Below, piece by piece: positions 28,484 through 38,943 of a DNA stretch of 64,000 nt. Position 1 is the stretch's first letter, and each line of letters opens with the position of its first letter. Made by a program: the position numbers and the translations under genes. The notes under the pieces were generated by a model. That model saw only the letters and a list, made by a program, of their open reading frames with translations. It was not told the origin of the DNA and searched no databases. Source of the stretch: Ferrovibrio sp. (GTDB lineage: Bacteria; Pseudomonadota; Alphaproteobacteria; Ferrovibrionales; Ferrovibrionaceae); assembly GCF_017994015.1 (NCBI RefSeq), contig NZ_JAGOLP010000013.1, positions 15,975-79,974 of the forward strand. The letters are read 5' to 3'.

Positions 28484-29245
28484 TTATATGGGCAGTGCCG
28501 CGCCTTCGCGCAATACGGCATCGATTTCCGGGAAATAACTGCCATCCGGCTGGTGCAGCACCAGGCCGGGGTGCAGCACCAGCGGCGCCTTGCCGCCCTT
28601 CACGGCACGCAGGATCAGCCGCTTGGCCGGCTGGCCCGGCTTGGAAAACAGCGGCACCAGTTCGATACTGCCGGCCTTGGGCGCCAAGGCAGCCAGCAGG
28701 GCGCCAAGCTGCTCCACGCGCTGGATCAGGGTGAGCCGGCCGCCCGGCTTGCAATGGCGCAGCAAAGCCGCCACCCAGGCGGCGCTATCGGCCCCCTGGC
28801 GCGCCAGGGCGCGGCCGGGATCGGCGGCGGCGCGATGCGCACCCGGCGCAAAATACGGCGGATTGGCAAAAACCTGATCGTAGCTATTGGGCGCGATACC
28901 TGGAATCCGTTCGCGGATATCGCCCGGCAGCACCCGCAGGCTGGCTTCCTGGCCATTGGCGGCGATGTTGCGTCCCGCCAGGGCAACCAGATCGGGCTGG
29001 ATTTCCACACCATCAATGCCAAGCCCGGGCAGCCGCGCCGCCAGGCACAGCATGGCCACGCCAGTGCCGCAACCCAGTTCCAGCACACGCTGGCCGCGCC
29101 GCGCCGGCACGGCAGCCGCCAGCATCACCGCATCGGCACTGGCGCGCTGGCCCTGGCGCGGCTGGGTCAGCATCACCCGGCCGCCCAGCAGCGCATCGCG
29201 GGTGGTGGCGGTGGAAGCCGGCTCAACCATGGGCTCCGCCGGCAT
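28484..29245 (-). CDS. SAM-dependent methyltransferase, tRNA1(Val) m6A37 (YfiC/TrmN6) family
   Basis: DAVMLAAA, VLELGCGTG, ANPPYF. Confidence 0.85.
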   Translation of the reverse strand: MPAEPMVEPASTATTRDALLGGRVMLTQPRQGQRASADAVMLAAAVPARRGQRVLELGCGTGVAMLCLAARLPGLGIDGVEIQPDLVALAGRNIAANGQEASLRVLPGDIRERIPGIAPNSYDQVFANPPYFAPGAHRAAADPGRALARQGADSAAWVAALLRHCKPGGRLTLIQRVEQLGALLAALAPKAGSIELVPLFSKPGQPAKRLILRAVKGGKAPLVLHPGLVLHQPDGSYFPEIDAVLREGAALPI

Positions 29246-29259
29246 GAACCGCCCAATGC

Positions 29260-30375
29260 TTGACCGAAAAGCCCATCCAACTATGCTTCTGGCAACGCAG
29301 TGTTTTTCTTGCCACAGGATTATCCGCTTTGTCGCAACCGGCCCAGATCATTCAGCAAAGCCCGGCTCCGGTTCCCAACTCGGTGCCCAGCCCGGTGCCC
29401 AGCATAGAGCCGCTGCGCCAGCTTGTCGCGGCGGAGATGGACGCGGTGAACCGCGAAATCCTGCTGCGCATGGAAAGCGACGTGCAGCTTATCCCGCAAC
29501 TGGCCCGGCATCTGATCGCCAGCGGCGGCAAACGTATCCGGCCCCTGCTCACGCTGGGCGCCGCCCAGCTTTGCGGCTATCAGGGCGACAAGCAAATCCT
29601 GCTGGCCGCCTGTGTGGAATTCATCCACACCGCCACCCTTTTGCATGACGATGTTGTGGACGAATCCGAGCGCCGGCGCGGCGCCGACACCGCCAATGTG
29701 GTGTGGGGCAACCAGGCTTCCGTTCTGGTGGGCGATTTCCTGTTCAGCCGCGCCTTCCAGCTCATGGTGGAATCCGGCTCGCTGGAAGTGCTGCGCATCC
29801 TGGCCGGCGCCTCGGCGGTGATCGCCGAGGGCGAAGTGCTGCAATTGATGACCGCCAATGACATGGATTCCACCGAGGCGGATTATCTCAAAGTGATCGA
29901 ATCAAAAACCGCCGCGCTGTTTGCCGCCGCCTGCCGGGTGGGCGCCGTGGTGGCCGGGCGGCCTGAGGCCGAGGCCGAGGCGCTGGATGGTTATGGCCGC
30001 GATCTCGGCATTGCCTTCCAGCTGATCGACGATGCGCTGGATTACGGCGCCGATGGCGCCACGCTGGGCAAGAATACCGGCGACGATTTCCGCGAAGGCA
30101 AAGTGACCCTGCCGGTGGTGCTGGCGTTTAATCGTGGCACGGAAGCCGAGCGCGCATTCTGGCGCCGGGTGATTGAACAGCCCGAGCAGCAACAGCCCGA
30201 GGATTTTGCCGAAGCCCTGCGCCTGATGCGCCAGCATGGCACGCTGGCCGAAACCCTGGACCGCGCCCGGCGCTATGGCGCCACCGCCAAGGCCCGGCTG
30301 GCCGGCTTCCCTGCCGGCGCAATGCGCGAGGCACTCGCCGAGGCGGTGGATTTCGCAATCCACAGAGCGCTTTAG
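29260..30375 (+). CDS. ispB: Octaprenyl/decaprenyl diphosphate synthase (true start probably further downstream)
   Basis: GGKRIRP, HTATLLHDDVVD, FQLIDD, GKNTGDDFREGK. Confidence 0.93.
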   Translation: MTEKPIQLCFWQRSVFLATGLSALSQPAQIIQQSPAPVPNSVPSPVPSIEPLRQLVAAEMDAVNREILLRMESDVQLIPQLARHLIASGGKRIRPLLTLGAAQLCGYQGDKQILLAACVEFIHTATLLHDDVVDESERRRGADTANVVWGNQASVLVGDFLFSRAFQLMVESGSLEVLRILAGASAVIAEGEVLQLMTANDMDSTEADYLKVIESKTAALFAAACRVGAVVAGRPEAEAEALDGYGRDLGIAFQLIDDALDYGADGATLGKNTGDDFREGKVTLPVVLAFNRGTEAERAFWRRVIEQPEQQQPEDFAEALRLMRQHGTLAETLDRARRYGATAKARLAGFPAGAMREALAEAVDFAIHRAL

Positions 30376-30436
30376 GCACCCAGCCGAGCATCCGGCCCCG
30401 GCCCGGACTTTAGCGGCGATTTCCGCCGCCCACCGC

Positions 30437-30465
30437 TTGAACCCCAGCCGGCAAGGCGCTATACA
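30437..30465 (+). promoter_or_regulatory. Putative sigma70 promoter of tRNA-Pro
   Basis: TTGAAC-N17-TATACA followed by a GC-rich discriminator. Confidence 0.55.
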
Positions 30466-30484
30466 GTCGCCCGCAACCGCCGGA

Positions 30485-30561
30485 CGGAGTGTAGCTCAGC
30501 CTGGTAGAGCACTAGCTTCGGGAGCTAGGGGCCGGAGGTTCGAATCCTCTCACTCCGACCA
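30485..30561 (+). tRNA. tRNA-Pro(CGG)
   Basis: CGGAGTGTAGCTCAGCCTGGTAGAGCACTAGCTTCGGGAGCTAG...GGTTCGAATCC...CTCCGACCA, 77 nt. Confidence 0.97.
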
Positions 30562-30611
30562 GGCGGTTGCTTACTTCCCCCTTACAATCTGGCTGGCTTT
30601 CTGCGCAGGGT

Positions 30612-31511
30612 TCAGACCTGCCCGCGCCGCATGGTTTCGCGGTAGAGGATGTAGAGCCCGCTGGCGACCACGATGGCGGCACCGATCCAGGTTTGCGCAT
30701 CCGGGAAATCGCCGAACAGATACCAGCCGAACAGCACCGACCACAGCAGGTGGGTGTAATCAAACGGCGCCACCACGGAAGCCGGGGCGCGGGCGAAGGC
30801 GCGGGTCATGCAAAGCTGCGCCATGCCGCCAAGCAGGCCGACCGCGATCAGCAACGGCAGATCGGCCAGGCTGGGCGTGACCCAGAACCACGGCAGCGCC
30901 AGGCCGGTATAGAGCGTGCAGAAAGCCGTGAAATAGAAGGCGGTGCCATTGGTGGTTTCAGTGGCGGAGAGTTTGCGGATCTGGATCATCGCCAGCGCAT
31001 AAAGCAGCGTGGCCAGCACCACCAGCAGCGAACCGCCCTGCATGAAGCCCTGCTCCGCCCCCTGGCCGATGCCCTGCCCCGGCCGCAGGATCACCAGCAT
31101 GCCGATAAAGCCGACCACAATGGCCGACCAGCGATGCAGCCCGACCCGTTCGCCGAGCAGCCAGACCGACAACACGGCGATGAAAATCGGCGCCGAGAAG
31201 GCGATGGCGGTGACTTCCGCCAGCGGCATGCTGCGATAGGCATAGAAAAAGCACAGCATGGCGAGGCAGCCATAAACCGAGCGCAGGCCATGGCCGGCAA
31301 TGCGCCGGGTGTGCAGATCGGCCCAGCCGCGCCCGCCGCGCCAGATCATGAACAGGATCGGCGGAAAGGCGAACAGGCTGCGGAAAAACATGATCTGCGG
31401 CGTGGGATAACGCGGCGACAGCCATTTCACCACGGCATCCATCAGGCCAAAGATGGCCGCCGCCAGCACCATGAAGCCGATACCAATCGCTATACTGCGC
31501 TGCGCTGACAT
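30612..31511 (-). CDS. DMT/EamA family transporter
   Basis: 10 TM pattern; LLGERVGLHRW, APFDY, GWYLFGD. Confidence 0.92.
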   Translation of the reverse strand: MSAQRSIAIGIGFMVLAAAIFGLMDAVVKWLSPRYPTPQIMFFRSLFAFPPILFMIWRGGRGWADLHTRRIAGHGLRSVYGCLAMLCFFYAYRSMPLAEVTAIAFSAPIFIAVLSVWLLGERVGLHRWSAIVVGFIGMLVILRPGQGIGQGAEQGFMQGGSLLVVLATLLYALAMIQIRKLSATETTNGTAFYFTAFCTLYTGLALPWFWVTPSLADLPLLIAVGLLGGMAQLCMTRAFARAPASVVAPFDYTHLLWSVLFGWYLFGDFPDAQTWIGAAIVVASGLYILYRETMRRGQV

Positions 31512-31537
31512 GCCACCCGACATTGCCGGTGATTAAA

Positions 31538-31575
31538 ATAAAAAAAGGCCCGGCATGGTTTTGCCATGCCGGGCC
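31538..31575 (-). terminator. Rho-independent terminator of the Liv-type operon
   Basis: GGCCCGGCATGG/CCATGCCGGGCC stem plus T-run on the minus strand. Confidence 0.85.
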
Positions 31576-31607
31576 GGGCTTTGCACCCCTTGCGGGGCCG
31601 TGCTGGC

Positions 31608-32795
31608 TCAACTTAATGAATCGGTCACCCGCACCCAGCGGCCATTACGCACCTGCACCATGAACACCGCATCGGTGCCGTGGCGCTTGTTGCTGCCGAA
31701 GGTCATCACCGGGCCGCCGAAAATATCCTTGTAACCCTGGATCGATTCCATCGCCTTGAGGAAACTCTCGGTGGTGAGATCCTTGCCGGCGCGATCCAGC
31801 CCCATCACGATCAGATCGGCTGCCACATAGGAGAATTGCGCCGCCGGATTGGGGTCGGTGTTGAACTTGGCGCGATAACGCTCCACCCATTGCTGGATCG
31901 CCGGATTGGGCGAGTCACGATAGGGCGCTTCAATCTGGGTCATGGTGTAAAGCCCCTCCGTGGCGCCGCCCGGCGCGCTGGAGACATTGAGATCAAAGGT
32001 GGCGGTGGTGCCCACCATATCCACATCCCAGCCCATCTTCTTGGCCGTGGAGGGGGCGCCGATGGAATCGCGGATGATGGCGCCGAGCACGATCAGATCA
32101 CATTGCGCCGCACGCAGCTTGGTCAATTGCGCGGTGAAATCGGTATCGGTCGGCTTGTGGGTGGCGGTTTCCACCAGTTTGATATTCATCGCCGCTGTTT
32201 GGTCGCGCGCGCCTTCAAACACTTCACGGCCATAATCGGTGTCCTGATACAGCGCGCAAACCGCCTTCTTGCCCTTCTGTTCGACAAAATACTTCACCGC
32301 GCCGCGCATCTGCGCATAGTAGGACGCGCCGGAAGCCCATTTCAGCGGATGGAACGGTTCGTAAAGCTGGCGCGCCCAGGAAAGCGGAAACATGTTCGGC
32401 ACACCGGCCTTGATCGCATCCGGGATCACCGCATTGTTCATCGGCGTGCCGGCGCCAAGCAGCAGCAGGAACACCTTGTCGCGGTTGAGCAGCTTGTTGC
32501 CAGCCTGCACCGCACGCGGCACCTGATACTGGCTGTCCTCCACCACATATTTGATCTTGCGGCCATGAATGCCGCCGGCCGCATTCACTTCGTCAAAACG
32601 CATCCGCGCGGCATTGGAGGAATGCACGCCGAAAGCGGCGGCAACACCGGACAGATCGGTATGGCTGCCAATCACGACCTCGGTTTTGCTGACGCCCTGA
32701 GCCTTGGGCTGGGCCGCAACCGGCGCGGCAAGGCCAAAGCCGATAGCCGTGGCGCAGAGAATGGCTGATGCAATGGTGGTGTTAAATCCCGACAT
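31608..32795 (-). CDS. Liv-family ABC substrate-binding protein (paralogue 3)
   Basis: Signal peptide; HTDLSG, GGIHGRK, YQVPRAVQA, YQDTDYG. Confidence 0.92.
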   Translation of the reverse strand: MSGFNTTIASAILCATAIGFGLAAPVAAQPKAQGVSKTEVVIGSHTDLSGVAAAFGVHSSNAARMRFDEVNAAGGIHGRKIKYVVEDSQYQVPRAVQAGNKLLNRDKVFLLLLGAGTPMNNAVIPDAIKAGVPNMFPLSWARQLYEPFHPLKWASGASYYAQMRGAVKYFVEQKGKKAVCALYQDTDYGREVFEGARDQTAAMNIKLVETATHKPTDTDFTAQLTKLRAAQCDLIVLGAIIRDSIGAPSTAKKMGWDVDMVGTTATFDLNVSSAPGGATEGLYTMTQIEAPYRDSPNPAIQQWVERYRAKFNTDPNPAAQFSYVAADLIVMGLDRAGKDLTTESFLKAMESIQGYKDIFGGPVMTFGSNKRHGTDAVFMVQVRNGRWVRVTDSLS

Positions 32796-32854
32796 GATGC
32801 CTCCCCAGGCAATGGATATGTTTTATTGACGCAAACAACGCAACGCGCAGCAGA

Positions 32855-32885
32855 TTGGCGGCGGGCATTGCTGGCCCGCCGCCAA
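32855..32885. other. Intergenic hairpin between binding-protein genes
   Basis: TTGGCGGCGGGC/GCCCGCCGCCAA 12-bp stem without a clear T-run. Confidence 0.6.
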
Positions 32886-32894
32886 CTGAAAGGC

Positions 32895-34082
32895 CTAGCT
32901 GCCGTAATTCACCGGACCATCGATCATCACAAAGCGGCCCTTCTGCACCTGGAACAGGAAGGCTTCATCCGAGCCCTGGCGCTTCTCCGGGCCGAAATTG
33001 ACCACCGGGCCGCCGAAGATATCGCGGTAGCCCTTGATCGAATCCATGCCGGCGATGAACTTGTCGAGCGTCAGATCCTTGCCGGCGCGATCAATGCCCT
33101 GCACCACCAGATCCATCAGCGAATAGCCATAGACCGCGCCGATATTCACATCGGTGTTATACTTGGCCTTGTATTTGTCCATCCAGGCGGCGAGATGCGC
33201 CGGGGCGGTATCGCGATACGGCAGGATAGTGCCGGCCATGGTGTAGAAGCCTTCAGTGGCGCCGCCCGGCGCCGAGGCCACGATCTGATCATAGGATGCC
33301 GACTGGCCGATGAAATCCACATCCATCCAGCCCATCTTGCGGGCGGTGGCGTATGGCACGATGGCATCGCGCACGATGGAACCGGAAGCAATCAGGTCGC
33401 AACCGGCACCACGCAGCTTGCTGATCTGCGCGGTGAAATCGGTATCGGCCGGCTTGTTGGTGGCGGTTTCCACCAGCGCGATTTTCATCGCCTGGGTCTG
33501 GTCGCGCGCCGCCTCGAAGATTTCCTTGCCAAAATCAGTGTCCTGATACAGCGAGCAAATCTTCTTCTTGCCCTTCTTCTCCACCATCCATTTGATGCCG
33601 GCACGCATCTGATCGTAATAGCTGGAGCCGGCAGCATATTTCAGCTTGTTGTAGGGCGCATACATCTGCCGCGCCGCTGTGAGCGGGAACATGTTCGGCA
33701 CGCCGGCCTTGAGCTGATCGGCCATCACCGCATTATTCATCGGCGTGCCAAGCGACCCCGCCATCAGGAAGATGTTGTCGCGGTTGATCAGCTTGTTCAC
33801 TGCCTGCACCGCGCGCGGCACCTGATACTGATTGTCTTCCACGATCAGTTTCAGCTTGCGGCCATAAATGCCGCCGGCCTCGTTGATCTCGTCGATACGC
33901 ATGCGCATCGCATTGGATGAATGCACGCCATAGCTCGCCGCCGGCCCGGACAGGTCGGTATGCATGCCGATGACAATTTCATTTTTGCTGACACCGCGCA
34001 CCTTAGCGCTCTGCGCTGTGGCGGCAAAAGGAACGGACAAGGCCAGAACCGCAGCCCAGCCGACAAACGTGACTCTGCTCAT
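32895..34082 (-). CDS. Liv-family ABC substrate-binding protein (paralogue 2)
   Basis: Same motifs as the neighbouring paralogues. Confidence 0.92.
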   Translation of the reverse strand: MSRVTFVGWAAVLALSVPFAATAQSAKVRGVSKNEIVIGMHTDLSGPAASYGVHSSNAMRMRIDEINEAGGIYGRKLKLIVEDNQYQVPRAVQAVNKLINRDNIFLMAGSLGTPMNNAVMADQLKAGVPNMFPLTAARQMYAPYNKLKYAAGSSYYDQMRAGIKWMVEKKGKKKICSLYQDTDFGKEIFEAARDQTQAMKIALVETATNKPADTDFTAQISKLRGAGCDLIASGSIVRDAIVPYATARKMGWMDVDFIGQSASYDQIVASAPGGATEGFYTMAGTILPYRDTAPAHLAAWMDKYKAKYNTDVNIGAVYGYSLMDLVVQGIDRAGKDLTLDKFIAGMDSIKGYRDIFGGPVVNFGPEKRQGSDEAFLFQVQKGRFVMIDGPVNYGS

Positions 34083-34185
34083 GTGGTTTTCCTCCCGGTT
34101 TTATAATTGTTATGGGGAGAGTGTAGCTTGCCGCCAGAACCGCGCCAGCCCCTATTTTTACCTGGGCCGCAATCTCGCATCTGCG

Positions 34186-34223
34186 AAAAGAAAACGCCCG
34201 CGAGCGTGGTTCTCGCGGGCGTT
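34186..34223 (-). terminator. Rho-independent terminator after binding-protein paralogue 1
   Basis: AACGCCCGCGAG/CTCGCGGGCGTT stem plus TTTCTTTT on the minus strand. Confidence 0.75.
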
Positions 34224-34255
34224 GCATCGGCCAAAGGGCCGAAAGGCTGAGGCTA

Positions 34256-35437
34256 TCAGTAGACCAGCGGGCCATCCACAAGCTGGAAGCGGGCCGACTT
34301 GATCTGGAACAGATAAGCCGCCGTGGAACCCTGGTGCTTGGTCTTGCTGTAGGAAATCACCGGGCCGCCGAAGATATCGCGATAGCCATCAATGCTTTCC
34401 AGCGCAGCCAGGAACTTCTCGGTGGTCAGATCTTTGCCGGCCTTTTCCAGCGCCGTGATCATGAGATCGCCCATGACCTGGCCATAGACCGAACCGATAT
34501 TCGGGTCGCTGCCATACTTGGCCTTGTAGGCATCCCACCACTGGCCGACCACCGCCGGAGCCGTGTCACGATACGGCATCATGGTGCCGGCACCGACATA
34601 GAGCCCTTCAGTGACTCCACCCGGCGCCGAAGCCACGATCTGGTCGAAGCTGGCCGACTGGGCAACAAAATCCACATCCATCCAGCCCATCTTGCGCGCG
34701 GTGGCATAGGGCAGAATGGCATCACGCACGATCGAGCCAAGGCCGATCAGGTCGCAGCCGGCGCTGCGCAGCTTGGTGATCTGCGCCGAGAAATCGGTGT
34801 CGGTCGGCTTGTTGGTGGCGGTTTCCAGCACCGGCATGTTGAGCGCCTTGGCCTGGTCGTTCACCGCATCGAGGATTTCCTTGCCGAAATCCGTATCCTG
34901 ATACAGCGTGCAGAGCTTCTTCTTACCCTTCTTCTCGACCAGATACTTGATGCCGATACGGGTCTGGTCGTAGTAGGACGAATAGCTGGTGAATTTCAGC
35001 GGGTGGAACGGCTCGGCCATCGAACGCGCCGCCGTCAGCGGGCTGAGATTGGGCACGCCGGCCTTGAACTGATCGGCAAACACCGCGTTGTTCATCGGCG
35101 TGCCGAGCGCGCCGGCCATCAGGAAAATCTTGTCGCGGTTGATCAGCTTGTTGGCCGCCTGCACAGCACGCGGCACCTGATACTGGTGATCTTCCACGAT
35201 CAGCTTCAGCTTGCGGCCATGCACGCCGCCCTGGGCGTTGATTTCATCGAAGCGCAGGCGCAGGCCGTTTGACGAGCTGACGCCATAGCTGGCTGCCGGA
35301 CCCGAAAGGTCGGTATGCATGCCAACAACGATCTCGTTCTTGGTGACGCCGCGCACGGACTGGGCCTGGCCGGCACCGGCGATCAGCGCCAGCGAAGCGG
35401 CAAGGGCGCCGCCGTAAGCTAGGGTACGAATTCGCAT
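34256..35437 (-). CDS. Liv-family ABC substrate-binding protein (paralogue 1)
   Basis: Signal peptide MRIRTLAYGGALAA; same motifs as the neighbours. Confidence 0.92.
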   Translation of the reverse strand: MRIRTLAYGGALAASLALIAGAGQAQSVRGVTKNEIVVGMHTDLSGPAASYGVSSSNGLRLRFDEINAQGGVHGRKLKLIVEDHQYQVPRAVQAANKLINRDKIFLMAGALGTPMNNAVFADQFKAGVPNLSPLTAARSMAEPFHPLKFTSYSSYYDQTRIGIKYLVEKKGKKKLCTLYQDTDFGKEILDAVNDQAKALNMPVLETATNKPTDTDFSAQITKLRSAGCDLIGLGSIVRDAILPYATARKMGWMDVDFVAQSASFDQIVASAPGGVTEGLYVGAGTMMPYRDTAPAVVGQWWDAYKAKYGSDPNIGSVYGQVMGDLMITALEKAGKDLTTEKFLAALESIDGYRDIFGGPVISYSKTKHQGSTAAYLFQIKSARFQLVDGPLVY

Positions 35438-35490
35438 GTTGTTCCTTCTCCTGGTTTGGCTATTGACGTTTCTCACCCAAAACGACGGCG

Positions 35491-37344
35491 TTATTCGCCG
35501 CCGCGATACATTTCCTCAATCATGTCCTTGTACTTCTCGTTCACGAATTTGCGCTTCAACTTCATCGTCGGCGTCAATTCGTCATCCTCGGCGGTGAGCT
35601 GCTGCTCAATCAGCCGGAATTTTTTGATCGTCTCCACGCGAGCGAAATTCTTGTTCACCTTCTCGATTTCCTGCCAGATCAGATCCTGCACTTCCTTGGT
35701 GCGGCAGAGCGAGGCGAAATTGGTGAAAGGCACATTCAGGTCCTGGGCGTATTTCACCACATTGTCATGATCGATCATGATCAGGCAGGACAGGAATTTA
35801 CGGCGCTCGCCGATCACCACGGCATCGGAGATATAGGGGCTGAATTTGAGCTGATTCTCGATTTCCGACGGCGTGATATTCTTGCCGCCGGCGGTGATGA
35901 TGATGTCCTTCATCCGGTCGGTGATCTTGACCCAGCCTTCATTATCGATCAGTCCAACATCGCCGGTGTAAAGCCAGCCATCCTTTACCGTTTCGGCCGT
36001 TTTGCTCGGGTTGTTGAGATAGCCGAGGAAAACATGCGGGCCGCGCAGGATGATCTCACCCTCCGGGCTGAGCGCCACTTCGGTATTCGGCACGGCCTTG
36101 CCCACCGTGCCGAGTTTGAGCCGGCCATCCTGCGGTGCGGTGGCAAGGCCAACATTCTCGGTCTGGCCGTAAACCTCGCGCATATCCATGCCAATGGCGA
36201 GATACCATTTGATCAGATCGGGCGAGATCGGCGCAGCACCCGTGGCGAGCCAGCGACAACGATGGATGCCGATGATGCGCTTGATATTCTTCAGCACCAG
36301 ATGATCGGCCAGCCAGAAGGCGGCCTTGAGCAACGGCGACGGCTCGCGCCCTTCCAGCTTGGCCTCGGCCATCATGTAGCCGATGCCCAGCGCATTTTTG
36401 TAGGCCCATTTGCCGAAGCCGGTGGCATCCTTCATGCGGATGGCGATGGCGGAGAAAAACTTCTCCCACAAGCGCGGCACGGCGAAGAACAGCGTCGGCT
36501 GCACTTCCTGCAAATTCTGCGGCACGGTGTCCGGGCTTTCGGCAAAATTCACCGTGGAGCCGGATTTCAGCGGCCAGAGCACGGTGAAGCCGCGTTCGGC
36601 GATATGGCACAAGGGCAGGAAGGAAAGCTGTTCGTCGTCGGGATACTGCTCCATCAGCCGGTAGCTGTTCTCAAGCTGGAACAGCAGATTGGCATGGCTG
36701 ATCATGGCGCCCTTGGGCGCGCCGGTGGTGCCGGAGGTGTAGATCAGGATCGCCAGATCGCCCGGCTTGCCCTTTTCCAGCTCGGCTTCCCAATAGCCCG
36801 GATGCTGCTGCTCGAAGGCACGGCCCTGGGCCAGCAATTCATCGAAGCTGATCACCATCGGATCGCGGAAGTCCTTCAGGCCTTCCATGTCGATCACCAC
36901 GATCTTCTTCAAAGACGGTACGCGGTCGCGCACCTCCAGCACCTTGTCGAGCTGTTCGTCATTCTCCGCGATGTAAACCACGGTGCGGCTGTCGTTGAGA
37001 ATGTAATCCACCTGCTTGGCGGAATCGGTGGTGTAGATGCCGTTGGTGACGCCGCCGATGCCCTGAATGCCCATATCGGCATAGAGCCATTGCGGATTGC
37101 CTTCGGAAATGATCGACACCACATCGCCGCGCCGCACGCCGCAGGCCGCCAGACCCAGGCCGGTATATTTGGCATTCTCGCCATATTGCGCCCAGGTGAT
37201 GGCATTCCAGATGCCGAATTCCTTTTCGCGCATGGCGATGGCGCTGCCGCGCTCGGCGCAGCGGCGCCAGAAATAGCGCGGAATCGTATCGCGCTCGATG
37301 ATTTCAAGAATTTCCTTGTCGACCGCCACGTTCATTGCCGTCAT
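35491..37344 (-). CDS. Long-chain fatty acid-CoA ligase (AMP-binding)
   Basis: IYTSGTTGAPKG, SFLPLCHIAE, EVYGQTE, YTGDVG, DRMKDIIITAGGKN. Confidence 0.93.
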   Translation of the reverse strand: MTAMNVAVDKEILEIIERDTIPRYFWRRCAERGSAIAMREKEFGIWNAITWAQYGENAKYTGLGLAACGVRRGDVVSIISEGNPQWLYADMGIQGIGGVTNGIYTTDSAKQVDYILNDSRTVVYIAENDEQLDKVLEVRDRVPSLKKIVVIDMEGLKDFRDPMVISFDELLAQGRAFEQQHPGYWEAELEKGKPGDLAILIYTSGTTGAPKGAMISHANLLFQLENSYRLMEQYPDDEQLSFLPLCHIAERGFTVLWPLKSGSTVNFAESPDTVPQNLQEVQPTLFFAVPRLWEKFFSAIAIRMKDATGFGKWAYKNALGIGYMMAEAKLEGREPSPLLKAAFWLADHLVLKNIKRIIGIHRCRWLATGAAPISPDLIKWYLAIGMDMREVYGQTENVGLATAPQDGRLKLGTVGKAVPNTEVALSPEGEIILRGPHVFLGYLNNPSKTAETVKDGWLYTGDVGLIDNEGWVKITDRMKDIIITAGGKNITPSEIENQLKFSPYISDAVVIGERRKFLSCLIMIDHDNVVKYAQDLNVPFTNFASLCRTKEVQDLIWQEIEKVNKNFARVETIKKFRLIEQQLTAEDDELTPTMKLKRKFVNEKYKDMIEEMYRGGE

Positions 37345-37405
37345 GACGCCCTCCCCGGGCCTGCCGCCCATTTGCCTGTCGCCCGCATGCCTAGCGCCCA
37401 AATAC

Positions 37406-38182
<777 letters not shown>

Positions 38183-38184
38183 GC

Positions 38185-38943
38185 TCAGCCCCCCAGATAC
38201 GCCTTGACCACTTCAGGGTGGCTTTGCACTTCCCGCGCCGTGCCGGTGGCCAGCACGCGGCCGTAATTCAGCGCCAGCACACGGTCGGAAACCTCGTTCA
38301 CCAGGCTCATATCGTGTTCCACCATCAGCACGGTGATGCCGAGGTCGTTCTTGATATCCTGAATCCACCAGGCCATGTCCTCGGTCTCCTCGGTATTGAG
38401 GCCGGAGGATGGCTCGTCGAGCAACAGCAGTTTCGGCTCGGTGCAGAGCGCACGGGCCAGTTCCACCACTTTGCGCGCGCCATAGGGCAGGTTCACGATC
38501 AGTGTGTCGCGATATTGTTGCAGGTCGAGGAAGTCGATCACATCCTCGGCCTTCTTGCGATGTTCCACTTCCATGCGACGCACACTGGGCAGGAACAGCA
38601 ATTCGGTGAGCAGGTTTGAGCCGCGATGCGCATGGCGCCCGAGCAGCAGGTTCTGCAACACGGTGGCATGTTCAAACAGCTCGATATTCTGGAAAGTGCG
38701 GGCGATGCCAAGGCCGGCAATGTCATGCGGCGGCAGCTTGGTGATGTCCTGATCCTGGAAGATCAGGCGGCCCTCGGTGGGATTATAGATGCGGCTGATC
38801 AGGTTGAACACCGTGGTCTTGCCGGCACCATTGGGGCCGATGATGGTGAACACGGTGCCGGGCGCGATCTCAAAATCCACCCCGTCGACCGCCTTGATGC
38901 CACCGAAGTTGATGGCGATATTCTCGGCTTTGAAGAAGGTCAC
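38185..38943 (-). CDS. livG: Branched-chain-type ABC ATP-binding protein
   Basis: GPNGAGKTT, ARTFQN, LPYG, VVKAYLG. Confidence 0.9.
   Translation of the reverse strand: MTFFKAENIAINFGGIKAVDGVDFEIAPGTVFTIIGPNGAGKTTVFNLISRIYNPTEGRLIFQDQDITKLPPHDIAGLGIARTFQNIELFEHATVLQNLLLGRHAHRGSNLLTELLFLPSVRRMEVEHRKKAEDVIDFLDLQQYRDTLIVNLPYGARKVVELARALCTEPKLLLLDEPSSGLNTEETEDMAWWIQDIKNDLGITVLMVEHDMSLVNEVSDRVLALNYGRVLATGTAREVQSHPEVVKAYLGG

Noticed and set aside
29360-29405. Short PVPS-type repeats at the ispB 5' end, and CCTAGCGCC repeats at 37390-37413
   Set aside because: Two or three short imperfect units consistent with local slippage; no evidence of function
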